A DNA stretch of 64,000 bases from an uncultured virus (IMG/VR IMGVR_UViG_3300033069_000955) (Duplodnaviria > Heunggongvirae > Uroviricota > Caudoviricetes). This document shows, in pieces, positions 25,498 through 36,008 of this stretch (position 1 is its first letter; each line of letters opens with the position of its first letter). The notes beneath the pieces are model-generated. The model made no database searches. It was not told the DNA's origin and worked only from the letters and a program-made list of their open reading frames with translations. The position numbers and the translations under genes were made by a program. The stretch lies in the IMG/VR virus record IMGVR_UViG_3300033069_000955; one strand, given 5' to 3'.

Positions 25498-26147
25498 TGT
25501 TTAATGTTTTCGCCAAGATATTTTCTAAGTTAGCTACTACTGGTGCAGTCGGAGCTAATATTGCAGGATCTGCTGCTAGAGGTAGTGAAGGAGCATTAAC
25601 TTTTGCATCTAATCTACTGCTTCCCTTCAGTAAAAGGGCTAAAACTGGTCAAGAAGCATTAAAGAAAATTTTTCCTCATTTTAACAGCACTGTTGATAGG
25701 GCTGTTAATCATGGGAATCTATCTAAACTTGTTAAACCAGACTTCTTAGAGAAAAATGGATTTAAAGGATCTGGTATGAAGGGACACGGCCCTGCCTTTA
25801 CTCATCACGACATTAGTATGGATGATTTGATGCAGAATGCTGTAAACAGAGATGCTAAAAAGAAGCTATCTGGCATGAAATTAGGTCATGTGGGAGTTGG
25901 TGGCGGTGCTCGAAGAGTTGTAATGGAGACTGTTGCTGACGAACGGAAGTTTGCTTTAAATGCTAATATAGTTAGAAATGTAGCTATTGGTGCAACTGTA
26001 TACTCTAGTTCCAAAGGATTAGTGCAAGGCATCGGTTACCAGCCATCTGATCCAACAGTTTATTATGATGGTACAAATATCCGTCAAATTAATGATATGG
26101 GAGCTAACGCCAGATATGGTCAGGCTGTCATGGGTAGGAGACGGTAA
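25497..26147 (+). CDS. Gly/Ala-rich basic protein, probable internal virion protein
   Basis: Composition and position; TAATG coupling. Confidence 0.6.
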   Translation: MFNVFAKIFSKLATTGAVGANIAGSAARGSEGALTFASNLLLPFSKRAKTGQEALKKIFPHFNSTVDRAVNHGNLSKLVKPDFLEKNGFKGSGMKGHGPAFTHHDISMDDLMQNAVNRDAKKKLSGMKLGHVGVGGGARRVVMETVADERKFALNANIVRNVAIGATVYSSSKGLVQGIGYQPSDPTVYYDGTNIRQINDMGANARYGQAVMGRRR

Positions 26148-26638
26148 TGTGGGGAAGACTCCTAAATGCTGGGACTAAGGCAGTATTAGGAAAAGGTAGC
26201 AGTAGATTTTTATCTATGGGTGCCTTAAAAGCAGGATCCAGATTTTCTGGGAATCCTGTATGGGCTTTAGCTCAAAACACTTTAATTGCCGGGGGTTTAA
26301 CTTATATGTTTGCCCCGCAAGAGACAAAATTAAGGGATACAGCGGGAACTATTGCTTCTTCCTATCTCTTTATGGGTTTTGGATTTTTTGGTCAGTTCTT
26401 TGGTGGTGCTCTTATTAATGCGGCATTTCATGCTGGAGATTACACCAAGAAAGTAGGGGCATCAATAAGATCGGAGTATAGTAGCAGAACCATGGCTGCT
26501 GTGCCTTTTAGTTATTCTAGTCAGGGGATGGAATTAGCAAATTATTCTTTTCAAATGGCTAAAAATACTATGAACAATAATAGTGGAATGATTGGAAGTG
26601 AGGCTAGCGTAATGGCTGGTCGGTACCTCCGTAGATAA
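26147..26638 (+). CDS. Gly/Ala-rich hydrophobic protein, probable internal virion protein
   Basis: Composition and position; TAATG coupling. Confidence 0.6.
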   Translation: MWGRLLNAGTKAVLGKGSSRFLSMGALKAGSRFSGNPVWALAQNTLIAGGLTYMFAPQETKLRDTAGTIASSYLFMGFGFFGQFFGGALINAAFHAGDYTKKVGASIRSEYSSRTMAAVPFSYSSQGMELANYSFQMAKNTMNNNSGMIGSEASVMAGRYLRR

Positions 26639-26641
26639 ATT

Positions 26642-29023
26642 ATGTTTGAGTTTGATAAGCTTTCTCCAGAAGATAAAGAAAGGCTAATCAAAGCTAGGAG
26701 TAGTCCTCTTAGTTTTGCTGAGCAATTTTTAAAGAGCCCCAACCCTGGGCCTCCTTTTACTGCATTTAAGGCCAATTATCCTCAAAGAATAGTTCTTTCT
26801 TCCAAGAAGAGAGATACTTGGGTATGTGTACATCGTCGTGGAGGTAAGTCAGCAGCAGGGAACTCATACGTTATAGATTCTACTACCCGCAGACCTCTTC
26901 GTATAGATCAAGCTGCTAAAGTAAAGAATACATATTGTTTTGATTTTGAGAAAAATATTGTAGAGTCCAGTATTGCTGAGTGGGAGTATTCTGGAAAGAA
27001 ACTGTGTGTTAGTATTCGACTTGAATCGGGGGTAGCTTTAACCCTTTCTACAGACCATATGGTGTTGGAAAGGAAAATGGGGTGGATTCCTGCTGGGGAT
27101 GTACGAATTGGACAAGAATTACTTGCAGCCAGTAAATTTCCAGAGGGGGATAACGAAGTAAGTGAGGAAACAATCCTTCAAACTTATGAAGCTACAATTA
27201 ATAAAAGCAGAATTCCTGATGAAATTTTTAACTACAATAACTATTGTTTACATCTTTATTTAAAGGCTTTATTCTCTTATTATGGTAGATTTGACCATAA
27301 AAATCAGAATATTACTTTATCATTTTTTAACAAAAATCTCGCATTTGATGTTCAACATCTTTTATATCGTTTTGAAATATATTCCAGAGTTACAAAAGAT
27401 GGGATTTTACGCATAGATGAAGAGTTAGAGCGTAATCTTTTTCTGGGTGTTATCCTAGATGCAGATGTAGAAGTATTTGAAACTAAAAGTAGTCGTAGAT
27501 GGGATTTAGTTGTAAATAAGAAAGACGCAGGACTCAAAGATGTTTATGAGTTATGTGTAGGGCACCCAGACACTAATTTTGTTGCCAATAATACCATAAT
27601 TCACAATAGTTTCTCCTTTATTGTTATTGCGTTGTGGCATGCTGTAACGCAACAAAATAAAAAAATACATCTCTTTGCACCATCATCTGTTCAAATTACA
27701 GAGTTCTTTGATGTTTTAGATGACTGGATTGCGGCTAATCCTCTTCTACAAGGTTTCAAGAGTCCTGTAGGAAATACAACAACACCTCCACTTAGATCTT
27801 TTATTACTGGATCATTTATTGAGGGACATATTCTTGGTGTCAATGGTGTTGCTCCTGATAAATTAAGAGGTATCACAGCTGATATTTGTATTTTGGACGA
27901 GTCTCAGGGATTCTCTGACGAAGATTGGCGAGTTCTTATTCCTATTATGCGAGGTGACCTTACTCGTAGAGATAAGATTAGATGCTATATTGCAGGAACT
28001 CTGAACCGAGCAGATGGTTATTATTACAAGAAAATTGATCTTCTAGAGCCCACTAAAAAAGAGACCGTAATAAAAGTCCCAATTGATCAAAACCCAGATT
28101 ATACTGAGGAAATGGTTGAGGAGGAGAGGTTATCAGTTCCAGACGAGATCTGGAAGACTGAGTATTTACTGCAAGTCACTCAGGCTGATAATTGTGTTTT
28201 CAGGTTAGAAGATATTGAAAGTGTGTTCTCAGAAGATTGGGAGCCAAGTTCTAAGTATAGAAATCCAAATTTACCTGTCTTCTTAACAGTTGACTGGGAT
28301 AAAGTTCAAGCAGGTACAAATATTTTACTTGCCCAATATGATCCTATTAATAAAACTGCCAGACATCTTTATCATGTAGAAGTTCCGCCCAGCGAAATGA
28401 CTTATACCTTTGCTATTGAGGAAATTGAAAAACTAGTAGAGGTTTTTGACCCAGAACTTATTGTAGTGGATCTTGGGTCTGGAATGAAGCAATGGGAAGA
28501 TCTAATTACTGTGGCTAATCGAAGAACTGATCTACAACTTCATTCAAAACTTTTACAACTGCCGTTTAATAAATCAATTAAAGTCCCTGATCCCATAACT
28601 GAAGAGGATATTTCAATTCAGGTTAAGCCATATCTTGTTGATATGCTTAAAAACAAGTTCCAAAAAGATTTAATTAGGATTCCTTTACACAGAGAAGATT
28701 ACAAAAAACAGTTTGTTAACTTCAAAATCAAAGGAGAAACCAAGAGAACTACTAAATATTCTGGTGGGGAAGAACACTATATAGATAACTGGTTAATGAC
28801 TATGTGGGCCATTTTCCAGTATTACGAAAACCCTTACCCTGAAAATAATAAGACTTTTGAGAGATTGGGGGTCATTCAGGTTCCTAATGATGAAGATATG
28901 TTCAGATCTACAATGAAAACACTGATGCTTCAAGATAAAGAAGACAGAGATGGTAGCAGTTTCTATTTCGATAGATCAGAACTAGATACTAATACATTTG
29001 GGTACAACAGGAGTAATTTTTAA
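26642..29023 (+). CDS. terL: terminase large subunit containing an intein
   Basis: Walker A HRRGGK|S, LRG, Walker B CILDE, IAGT coupling motif, nuclease LTVDW...VVD...HYID. Confidence 0.93.
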   Translation: MFEFDKLSPEDKERLIKARSSPLSFAEQFLKSPNPGPPFTAFKANYPQRIVLSSKKRDTWVCVHRRGGKSAAGNSYVIDSTTRRPLRIDQAAKVKNTYCFDFEKNIVESSIAEWEYSGKKLCVSIRLESGVALTLSTDHMVLERKMGWIPAGDVRIGQELLAASKFPEGDNEVSEETILQTYEATINKSRIPDEIFNYNNYCLHLYLKALFSYYGRFDHKNQNITLSFFNKNLAFDVQHLLYRFEIYSRVTKDGILRIDEELERNLFLGVILDADVEVFETKSSRRWDLVVNKKDAGLKDVYELCVGHPDTNFVANNTIIHNSFSFIVIALWHAVTQQNKKIHLFAPSSVQITEFFDVLDDWIAANPLLQGFKSPVGNTTTPPLRSFITGSFIEGHILGVNGVAPDKLRGITADICILDESQGFSDEDWRVLIPIMRGDLTRRDKIRCYIAGTLNRADGYYYKKIDLLEPTKKETVIKVPIDQNPDYTEEMVEEERLSVPDEIWKTEYLLQVTQADNCVFRLEDIESVFSEDWEPSSKYRNPNLPVFLTVDWDKVQAGTNILLAQYDPINKTARHLYHVEVPPSEMTYTFAIEEIEKLVEVFDPELIVVDLGSGMKQWEDLITVANRRTDLQLHSKLLQLPFNKSIKVPDPITEEDISIQVKPYLVDMLKNKFQKDLIRIPLHREDYKKQFVNFKIKGETKRTTKYSGGEEHYIDNWLMTMWAIFQYYENPYPENNKTFERLGVIQVPNDEDMFRSTMKTLMLQDKEDRDGSSFYFDRSELDTNTFGYNRSNF
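26849..27607 (+). mobile_element. intein (253 aa) with degenerate LAGLIDADG remnant
   Basis: Starts SAAGNS, block B LSTDHMV, ends NFVANNTIIHN followed by S; removal restores GGKS. Confidence 0.9.
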
Positions 29024-30273
29024 TGAGTGCATTTGGTAAATTCATAGATACAAAAACAATTGAGAAGAAAGTTGATCAGCTTGTATCTGAAATTTCTAAT
29101 AAAGTTGGACCAATTGCGGGCACTGAGGTTGATTTTGTTAGAACTATACAAGAAACCCCTCCTAATCAACTAGCACTAGATGTCTTTAATACTGCCAAAG
29201 CTGTAAGAGAAGAATATGATCGTTTTTTAAATGATATTACCAAACAATATCAATCTGATATTGTTTTTGATGCCTTCTTTTCCTCAGCAAGAACCCAATT
29301 TACTACCCCTCTTGATGGACCATATAAATCTAATCCAGTCCCACCAGACAATATACAGAAGATTGTAGAAAGAGATGTTTATAGAAGACAAAAAGATCCT
29401 AGAATTATTCTGATTAAAGATGCCTATCGTGCAAGAGCACAGGTGGCAGTAATCGAACACTCTTATCAAAGCAGCTATCTGCCCATTATTAACCAGAACA
29501 CTGGGTTTTTTGAACAGGTATCTACTTCTCAATTATTGTCTTTAATGTTGTATAAAGATCAAAACATTATACGACACTTACAAACTTTCTTATCTGACAT
29601 CAATTCTTTTAAGAACTTCTCTTTGGGGGATGGTTTTTTTGATAGTATTGGTGATTTTAGTACAAAATACCCTGATTTTATTAGGAAATTTTCCAATCAA
29701 GCCAATTATTTAATTACCACAGAGATCGATAGTTTATTTGACCAGTTTAAACTCCTAGAAAATTCACTTGATTCTGTTATAGGTCAAATTAGTATGTTAT
29801 CGTATGCTAAGAATACTAACAGTCAAAATCTTGGAGTTTTGTTTGGCTTTACCCAAGGAATGTTAGATAGGACTGAGGATATGGAGACTTCTAACAATAT
29901 CCTGACCCCTGATCCACATATTTACCAGTTTAGAAGAATGTTAGATAATGCTTTATTTAGGTCTTTAACAAAAATAGAATCAGAAATTTCCAGAACTGAC
30001 CAACAATTTTATCAGTCCACAGAAGCTAGAACTTTAATATTTGATAACCTTAAACAGAATGTCAATGCTAAATTATTTGTTCAGGCTGTTGATGTATTGG
30101 GGCAATTAGAAAGAAACTTATCATCTTTAAAAGACCCACAGGTGTTATTTGAGACTGTTAAAAATACACTAAGAATCAAGAGCAGTGATTTTGAGAAATT
30201 CCCTCCCATAGATCCTAGTATGAAAGCCTTACAAGCGGCCCAGATGTTAAAGAATTGGAGCCTAAAATTTTGA
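29023..30273 (+). CDS. hypothetical helical protein
   Basis: 416-aa ORF coupled to terL. Confidence 0.75.
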   Translation: MSAFGKFIDTKTIEKKVDQLVSEISNKVGPIAGTEVDFVRTIQETPPNQLALDVFNTAKAVREEYDRFLNDITKQYQSDIVFDAFFSSARTQFTTPLDGPYKSNPVPPDNIQKIVERDVYRRQKDPRIILIKDAYRARAQVAVIEHSYQSSYLPIINQNTGFFEQVSTSQLLSLMLYKDQNIIRHLQTFLSDINSFKNFSLGDGFFDSIGDFSTKYPDFIRKFSNQANYLITTEIDSLFDQFKLLENSLDSVIGQISMLSYAKNTNSQNLGVLFGFTQGMLDRTEDMETSNNILTPDPHIYQFRRMLDNALFRSLTKIESEISRTDQQFYQSTEARTLIFDNLKQNVNAKLFVQAVDVLGQLERNLSSLKDPQVLFETVKNTLRIKSSDFEKFPPIDPSMKALQAAQMLKNWSLKF

Positions 30274-30791
30274 TAGAAAAACTTAAACAGAAGTTTATTA
30301 AATTGTTACTTAGTATTTTATGGAAGTTGGAGAAAAATGATCTCTCCAAAATTCAGAAAGAAAAAGCTGAAATTATAGGTAATGTTATTCACACATTCCT
30401 AAATGATCTATTTATTAGTCAACAAAAAGATCGTGGTTTAGAAGATTTAGATTTAGAACCACTAAATGTAATCGAAGGTGGTACCTATAACTATTTCCCC
30501 CTCCCCAGTAGCAAAGTACCACATTTTCACTTCTTTTGTCCAAAATTAGCACTCTATATTTATATAGGTAGTCCTGCATCAGCATCTTATGAAGTTGCTA
30601 AGAGGTATGGCATTAGTAAACAAGAAAGAGATTTAGAATTATCTGATATTGCTGCTTTAGAGGTTATGGTACCTAAACTAGCTTCTGTAAGCGGAAAACA
30701 GAAACCTAAGTTACTGGTATTTAATTGGGAAGACCCCTGTACACAACAATCAGTAGCTAAAAGAATTTATGAGGCTTTGAATGGAGCGTAG
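30255..30791 (+). CDS. hypothetical protein (weak Vsr/DUF559-like pattern)
   Basis: FHFFCPKLALYIYI...RD...LLVFNWED; catalytic acids not evident. Confidence 0.6.
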   Translation: MEPKILIEKLKQKFIKLLLSILWKLEKNDLSKIQKEKAEIIGNVIHTFLNDLFISQQKDRGLEDLDLEPLNVIEGGTYNYFPLPSSKVPHFHFFCPKLALYIYIGSPASASYEVAKRYGISKQERDLELSDIAALEVMVPKLASVSGKQKPKLLVFNWEDPCTQQSVAKRIYEALNGA

Positions 30792-32418
30792 ATTTACAAA
30801 TAACGTAGGATTCGAATATAGCCTCCAAGCACCTTCTCTTAGACAAGAAGGTATTAAACTCATTGAGGACCCCTTAACAACTGGTGGAAATAGTTGGGAT
30901 CTAATTGATAAGGCATCTAGTTTTAATGGTCAAAATGCCCAAAAAACCATTGCCAGAGGCTGTAAGGCCTATGTTGTAGATGGTTTTGTCAGAATGGCTG
31001 TTGATCGTCATGCTGAGCTATTTAAGGACTTTGATTTAGGTGGTAGAAAAGAGGCAGTAGATTATCTTAAAAGAAGATTAAATCTTATCAGCTTGAAAGT
31101 AGGTGAACCTTGGCAGTTAATTATCACTCGTTATGTTCACGAATATTTTAAGCATGGTAACCCATTCTTCCTAAAAACCAGAGGAACTAAGGGTGGGGAT
31201 GTTAATGTAAAACGACCCCTATACGAAGAAAAGCCCTATGCAATTTCAGGTATTTTCATTGTACACCCACTCTCCTTTGAGCCATTTGTAAAGGATTCTG
31301 TTTACTATGGCTGGAAGTTTAATAAAGCTCACGCGCAAGAGAAGATTTCTACTGTTTCAGGCGAACCTCTTCCATCCAATCAAGCCTTAATTTCTAGGGG
31401 TCTTAGATACACTGGGAAGGAGACTGTTTTTAAGAATGGTGTGGATCTTATTCACACCCCTTATAAAAGACCTTCTGATTGTCATTATGGTTTTGGTTTA
31501 ACCTTTGCAGCTCTTGAAGATGTTAGTTTACTTAGAAACCAAGAACAAACTACTGCTATTGCTTTAAAGAAAAACACGATTCCTGTATTGTGGCATAGAA
31601 TCCTAAGACCATCAACTCCTGGTGGTGATTCAGAGCTGGAGATGAGAAATGCTTTAGCTAGCCATAGAAACATGAGTCAAGCGGGAGTTATTGTTACTCC
31701 TGGTACACATGAGTTAAAGATTTTAGGTTCTGAGAGTCAAGTACTTAGAACAGAGGGCTATCTTAAATATGGTGCTTATAGGGCTTTTGCTGGTCTTGGT
31801 GTTTCACCATTTTTAATGGGATTTGAGCCTGGTACGATTGGTACTGCTGAAGCAGCAATCGAACTTTTAATGAACAGGATTAGATTCTGCCAGCAAGAAT
31901 TGGCAACGAATCTGGAAATGTTCCTTCTTAATGAGTTATTGTGGGAAGGTGGATTTGATCCTTACAATAAGGAAGAAGATCAAGTTAAATTGATTTTCAA
32001 AGAAATGGATGAAGCTAGACTTATTAAGCTTAGAGCCCATTTCACTGATATGATTACTAAAAACTCAATTACCTTTGAAGAAGGTAGAAGAGAGATGGGT
32101 TACCTAGAAAAAGTTAACTTTGAGGACCTCTATTATAATCGTGTCACAATTCCTATTGAAAAGGCGAAAGCTGAAGCAAAGGCAGCAGCGGCACCAGATA
32201 CAACAACAAAACCTCCAAAGCCAACTAAAAAGAAAGTGGAATCATTCTTTGTAGAGAATTTTGGGAAAATCAGATTAGACGAGTTCGTAGATGAGTTCAA
32301 TAGAGCTTTTGATGTGAACATTGACGAGACCATAGAAGGATTGACAAATCTGGCTCATGATCCCGAAGCTGTCTTACTGTATCTGCACTTATTAATTGAT
32401 GAGGCATATAAGGAATAA
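30781..32418 (+). CDS. portal protein
   Basis: 545 aa between TerL and protease; YFKHGNPF, HYGFG, GLGVSPFLMG, ITFEEGRREMG portal-like motifs. Confidence 0.85.
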   Translation: MERRFTNNVGFEYSLQAPSLRQEGIKLIEDPLTTGGNSWDLIDKASSFNGQNAQKTIARGCKAYVVDGFVRMAVDRHAELFKDFDLGGRKEAVDYLKRRLNLISLKVGEPWQLIITRYVHEYFKHGNPFFLKTRGTKGGDVNVKRPLYEEKPYAISGIFIVHPLSFEPFVKDSVYYGWKFNKAHAQEKISTVSGEPLPSNQALISRGLRYTGKETVFKNGVDLIHTPYKRPSDCHYGFGLTFAALEDVSLLRNQEQTTAIALKKNTIPVLWHRILRPSTPGGDSELEMRNALASHRNMSQAGVIVTPGTHELKILGSESQVLRTEGYLKYGAYRAFAGLGVSPFLMGFEPGTIGTAEAAIELLMNRIRFCQQELATNLEMFLLNELLWEGGFDPYNKEEDQVKLIFKEMDEARLIKLRAHFTDMITKNSITFEEGRREMGYLEKVNFEDLYYNRVTIPIEKAKAEAKAAAAPDTTTKPPKPTKKKVESFFVENFGKIRLDEFVDEFNRAFDVNIDETIEGLTNLAHDPEAVLLYLHLLIDEAYKE

Positions 32419-32424
32419 CAAGAT

Positions 32425-32700
32425 ATGGAAAGTCAACTTTTAACTGCATTCGCAAAAGAAGGACCCTGGGCACTAATTACTTTTCTATTGGTTGCTTGGA
32501 TTGTTAAGCAATCTACTACTGATAGACAGATGATGTATACATTGATGCAAGAATTCAGAGCTTCAATTGACTCTTTGAAAACTGCGGTAGATAAATTAAC
32601 TGACAGACTAGAGGACCTGGAAGAGAATGCACAAAGGCAAGATAAGTTTGAATCCAGACTAGAATTTTTGGAAAAGGAGAATAGAGACCATCATGTCTAA
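32425..32700 (+). CDS. BhlA/UviB-like holin
   Basis: KEGPWALITFLLVAWIVK single TM followed by a coiled coil. Confidence 0.7.
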   Translation: MESQLLTAFAKEGPWALITFLLVAWIVKQSTTDRQMMYTLMQEFRASIDSLKTAVDKLTDRLEDLEENAQRQDKFESRLEFLEKENRDHHV

Positions 32701-32917
32701 AGTTGAATGGGCTATGCCCAAAGCGTTTTTGTTATTTGGGGGGTTAATCTTTAAGGGTTTAGCTTTCTCAGAACAACCACTTCCCTTTAGTTGGGGACCA
32801 GGCTTGAAAGCTATTTCTATGATTGTATGGCCCGCTTTTGATGGTTCTTTGTTTTGGTTGCTTAAACCACCCGTTCAAGAGAAATCGGAAGTTGGCGACG
32901 AAGATTTAAGTGTGTAA
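32693..32917 (+). CDS. small membrane protein
   Basis: AGGAG upstream; hydrophobic. Confidence 0.6.
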   Translation: MSKVEWAMPKAFLLFGGLIFKGLAFSEQPLPFSWGPGLKAISMIVWPAFDGSLFWLLKPPVQEKSEVGDEDLSV

Positions 32918-32926
32918 AGGAGAATC

Positions 32927-33283
32927 ATGAATTTTAGATCAATGCTAAGAGGCGGGCTTAACACTTTTGGTGGTAGTCGTATGGGACAAGGTTTAAGCCG
33001 TGGGCTTATTAATCTCCCAAATCTTGGAGGACATAAATATTCCCAGCAAATCGGAGCTGGTATTATGGCAGGTACTTCTGGTCTTTTGGCTAAAAAATCC
33101 GCCGATGCTAGAGTCAATCAAAACAACGGTGCCGCTGCTTTATATGGTGGGTTATCGGCAGTTTCTATGGTGGGAGCTGGGCATGCTATGTTTAACAAAA
33201 ATGCTATTCAAAACCATTTACGTACAACTAGTCGTCTAGGCACTAGAGCTATGAGTGGTAGATTCGGCAAATTTAGGTTATAA
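32927..33283 (+). CDS. Gly-rich basic protein, probable internal virion protein
   Basis: AGGAG upstream; composition. Confidence 0.65.
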   Translation: MNFRSMLRGGLNTFGGSRMGQGLSRGLINLPNLGGHKYSQQIGAGIMAGTSGLLAKKSADARVNQNNGAAALYGGLSAVSMVGAGHAMFNKNAIQNHLRTTSRLGTRAMSGRFGKFRL

Positions 33284-33286
33284 TAA

Positions 33287-34738
33287 ATGAATAATCAAGA
33301 TATTAGTTTAATCAGGGAACATTTCAATCTCAAGACTGAGAATCCCATAAACACAGATCCTGGTAGGCCAATTCTTGAAGCCTCAGTAGCAGATATTAAG
33401 GTCAAAGATCTTAATGCTGTTTATCCTCTTATTAGAGCTTTGAACTCTGAGAAGCTTACCCGGAACAATACTTACTACCCGAGAGAAACTCTCATTGGGA
33501 AAAAGAATAAATTACAGCCTACTGGTTATGCTAGTTATGTAATCCCGCACCCTAAGCCTGTCATTACTAACCATGCTCTTCAAGATGGGTTTTTTACTCA
33601 AGCAGACAAGCCAATGGGAAGAATCCTATATGCTACCTACAAAGCAGAAAAGGACTCAAAGAAAGTAATTGCGGCTCCAAAGGGAATGCCTGGTTTCCTT
33701 TCTGGAGATGGTTGTATGAGCTTTGTGGCTTGTATTTCCGATCAGGAAGCAGTTCCTAAGGTTCTTGGTGGAGCCTATCACACAGTTTCGGTTGGCTCTA
33801 GAGTTGGGAAGATTATTGAATCCATCTCTGGTGCTGACTTAGTTGCATTGTCTCGTGCTGGAAAAGAACTACCTCCTTACAATAAAGGTGACTTTGTTGA
33901 GATTGATGGCCAGAAACGACTATGCTATTGGTCCATGTATGATATGATGGGCCTTGAGGTCAGCTACGTTAATGTTCCCAGTGATACAGAAGCTTTCAAC
34001 GAAGATCCTGACATTGGTGTAGATGGTCTTAAACTCCTGTTAGGAGAGAAAAAGGTTGGATCTAAGGAATTCGCATTTTACGATGCACTTACTTTGGAGA
34101 AGCTTTTTGACTTATCAGAGGAAGAGCATAGTGCTTTTGCTCCAAACTTAGAATTAATTGATTCTGTGAAGATCCCTGAATACTTCTTCCTGAATATTCC
34201 GGATAAAAGTTATGCAACGGAGTCGTACAAAACCCCTGAAGAGGAAGATACTAAGGTGGTTACGCCAATTGAGTTTGCGGCTAAGCAATTGGTAAATTTT
34301 GAAGGTCACGCAGGACAGATTTTAAAGGTTAATGAGAATGATGTTTTAGTGAGATTAGTTCTTACAGAAAGCTATAAATTAACCCCAGAAATGAGAAAAG
34401 TAGATAAGAAAAAACTTACTTTATGTGAAACACAGGAAACACAAGATAACGTAAACGCAAAACTTAAATCATTTTTTATTGAGAATTTTAAACCAGGGGC
34501 TAGTTTCAAGGAAAAATCCCTTTATGCTGAGCCTCTATTATCTTTAAGTGAGAAGAAAGAGTGGTCAGAAGGTGATTATTCTTGGGCTAAAGTCTTCAAA
34601 AAAGTCTATGACACTTGTTCTCAGCCGGAAACAATGAGGAATTGGGGTGTAGATAAGTCTTCGCCTATCGAATCTGAAACCATTGATAAGATGGTAACAA
34701 TAATCACTAAGGAACTAAAGAATGGAAAAACTAACTAA
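33287..34738 (+). CDS. prohead protease
   Basis: TRNNTYY, PVITNH, PMGR, TVSVGS, EVSYVNVPSD motifs. Confidence 0.85.
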   Translation: MNNQDISLIREHFNLKTENPINTDPGRPILEASVADIKVKDLNAVYPLIRALNSEKLTRNNTYYPRETLIGKKNKLQPTGYASYVIPHPKPVITNHALQDGFFTQADKPMGRILYATYKAEKDSKKVIAAPKGMPGFLSGDGCMSFVACISDQEAVPKVLGGAYHTVSVGSRVGKIIESISGADLVALSRAGKELPPYNKGDFVEIDGQKRLCYWSMYDMMGLEVSYVNVPSDTEAFNEDPDIGVDGLKLLLGEKKVGSKEFAFYDALTLEKLFDLSEEEHSAFAPNLELIDSVKIPEYFFLNIPDKSYATESYKTPEEEDTKVVTPIEFAAKQLVNFEGHAGQILKVNENDVLVRLVLTESYKLTPEMRKVDKKKLTLCETQETQDNVNAKLKSFFIENFKPGASFKEKSLYAEPLLSLSEKKEWSEGDYSWAKVFKKVYDTCSQPETMRNWGVDKSSPIESETIDKMVTIITKELKNGKTN

Positions 34739-36008
34739 TCTGATTGAAGATTGTGTAGGCTCTTTAGATAAGCTTAAGGGTGTTAAGGCAGGTCTAGAAA
34801 AGGAAGGAAAAGAAATCCTTACCCAATTTGAAACCGCTTTTAATGCAAAAGTTAATGAGTTCTGTGTGGAGAAATCTACACAAAGTGTCATTGATGCTTT
34901 AGCTAAAACAGAAGAATCTACTGAAGCCAAAATTATGGACCCTGATCTTATGATCAAGTGCCAGGATGAGGCTATGGATGCGATGGAAGGAGAATGGAAT
35001 GCTGACACTGCTAAACTAGCGGTGGCATCCTATCTAAAGAATGGCGGGGTACTAGAATCCTCAGAAGAGGAAGCAAACAAGAAGCTGACTTTTGGTGAGC
35101 TTTATAATCTTGCTTCTACAGATGAATCATTCAACACTGAAGCAGAGTTTACGGTAAAGCAGAGACAAGCTTTAACCACAGAAGCATTCTGTGGCCCAAA
35201 CAAGTCTTTTCCAGTTATCAATAAACTATCTGCTGTTCAGGCGTTAGAGATGCTCGAAAAGCAAACAGAGGAAACTGCAAAACCCATTAAAGAAGCTATC
35301 TTTGAAAAGAGCAAGCAATTTGGATTGGTAGAAAAGGACGGCTCCTTTGCTCATGCTCCGATTTTCATTGATACCGTAAATGATAAGAAGGAGAGTTTGC
35401 AATATACTCCTCTTCTGATTGAGACTGTAGAGGATGCCAAGAATGCTCTGGAGAACCTGCCCTTACTTTGTAAGACTTATGGTTTAACAGACGCTGCTAA
35501 AACCAGCGTAGAGACTTTCTTGACAGAATTAGTCGAAAATGAAAAATCTCTTTTCAAGACCGAAGAATTTATCCCTCTATTACAAAGTGAAAAGGAACTT
35601 TCTAAGCCGATTGAACTTGGCAACGAATTTCTTATGGCGTACTTTACTCGTCACGAATATAAGAACGATGAACAGGCTATGTTAGCCAAATTGGTTGGAC
35701 TTATTAGAAAAGAAGGATTGACTTTAGAGAAGCTGGAGGAGTGCGGCAAACCTTACACGGTTTTCGGTGCTACAGTTTTAAGGAAACTTCTGACAGAAGC
35801 CCCCAAACAAACTCCCACTGACGAAGGCAGTAATGCCACTAAGGTTGATCCAGTCACTAGTCCAGTGGAAGGTAAAGTCAAAGAGACTTCTGAAGAAGAA
35901 GACAAAGATGTTGAAGATGATTCAAACACTTCTGGTCTTGGATTGTTTATGGAAATGAATACCAAACCAACAAATAAAAAAGGAAGAAACAAAGGAGATA
36001 ATAAATAA
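34722..36008 (+). CDS. putative scaffolding protein
   Basis: Acidic helical ORF between protease and capsid genes; contains FCGPNKSFPV. Confidence 0.6.
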   Translation: MEKLTNLIEDCVGSLDKLKGVKAGLEKEGKEILTQFETAFNAKVNEFCVEKSTQSVIDALAKTEESTEAKIMDPDLMIKCQDEAMDAMEGEWNADTAKLAVASYLKNGGVLESSEEEANKKLTFGELYNLASTDESFNTEAEFTVKQRQALTTEAFCGPNKSFPVINKLSAVQALEMLEKQTEETAKPIKEAIFEKSKQFGLVEKDGSFAHAPIFIDTVNDKKESLQYTPLLIETVEDAKNALENLPLLCKTYGLTDAAKTSVETFLTELVENEKSLFKTEEFIPLLQSEKELSKPIELGNEFLMAYFTRHEYKNDEQAMLAKLVGLIRKEGLTLEKLEECGKPYTVFGATVLRKLLTEAPKQTPTDEGSNATKVDPVTSPVEGKVKETSEEEDKDVEDDSNTSGLGLFMEMNTKPTNKKGRNKGDNK

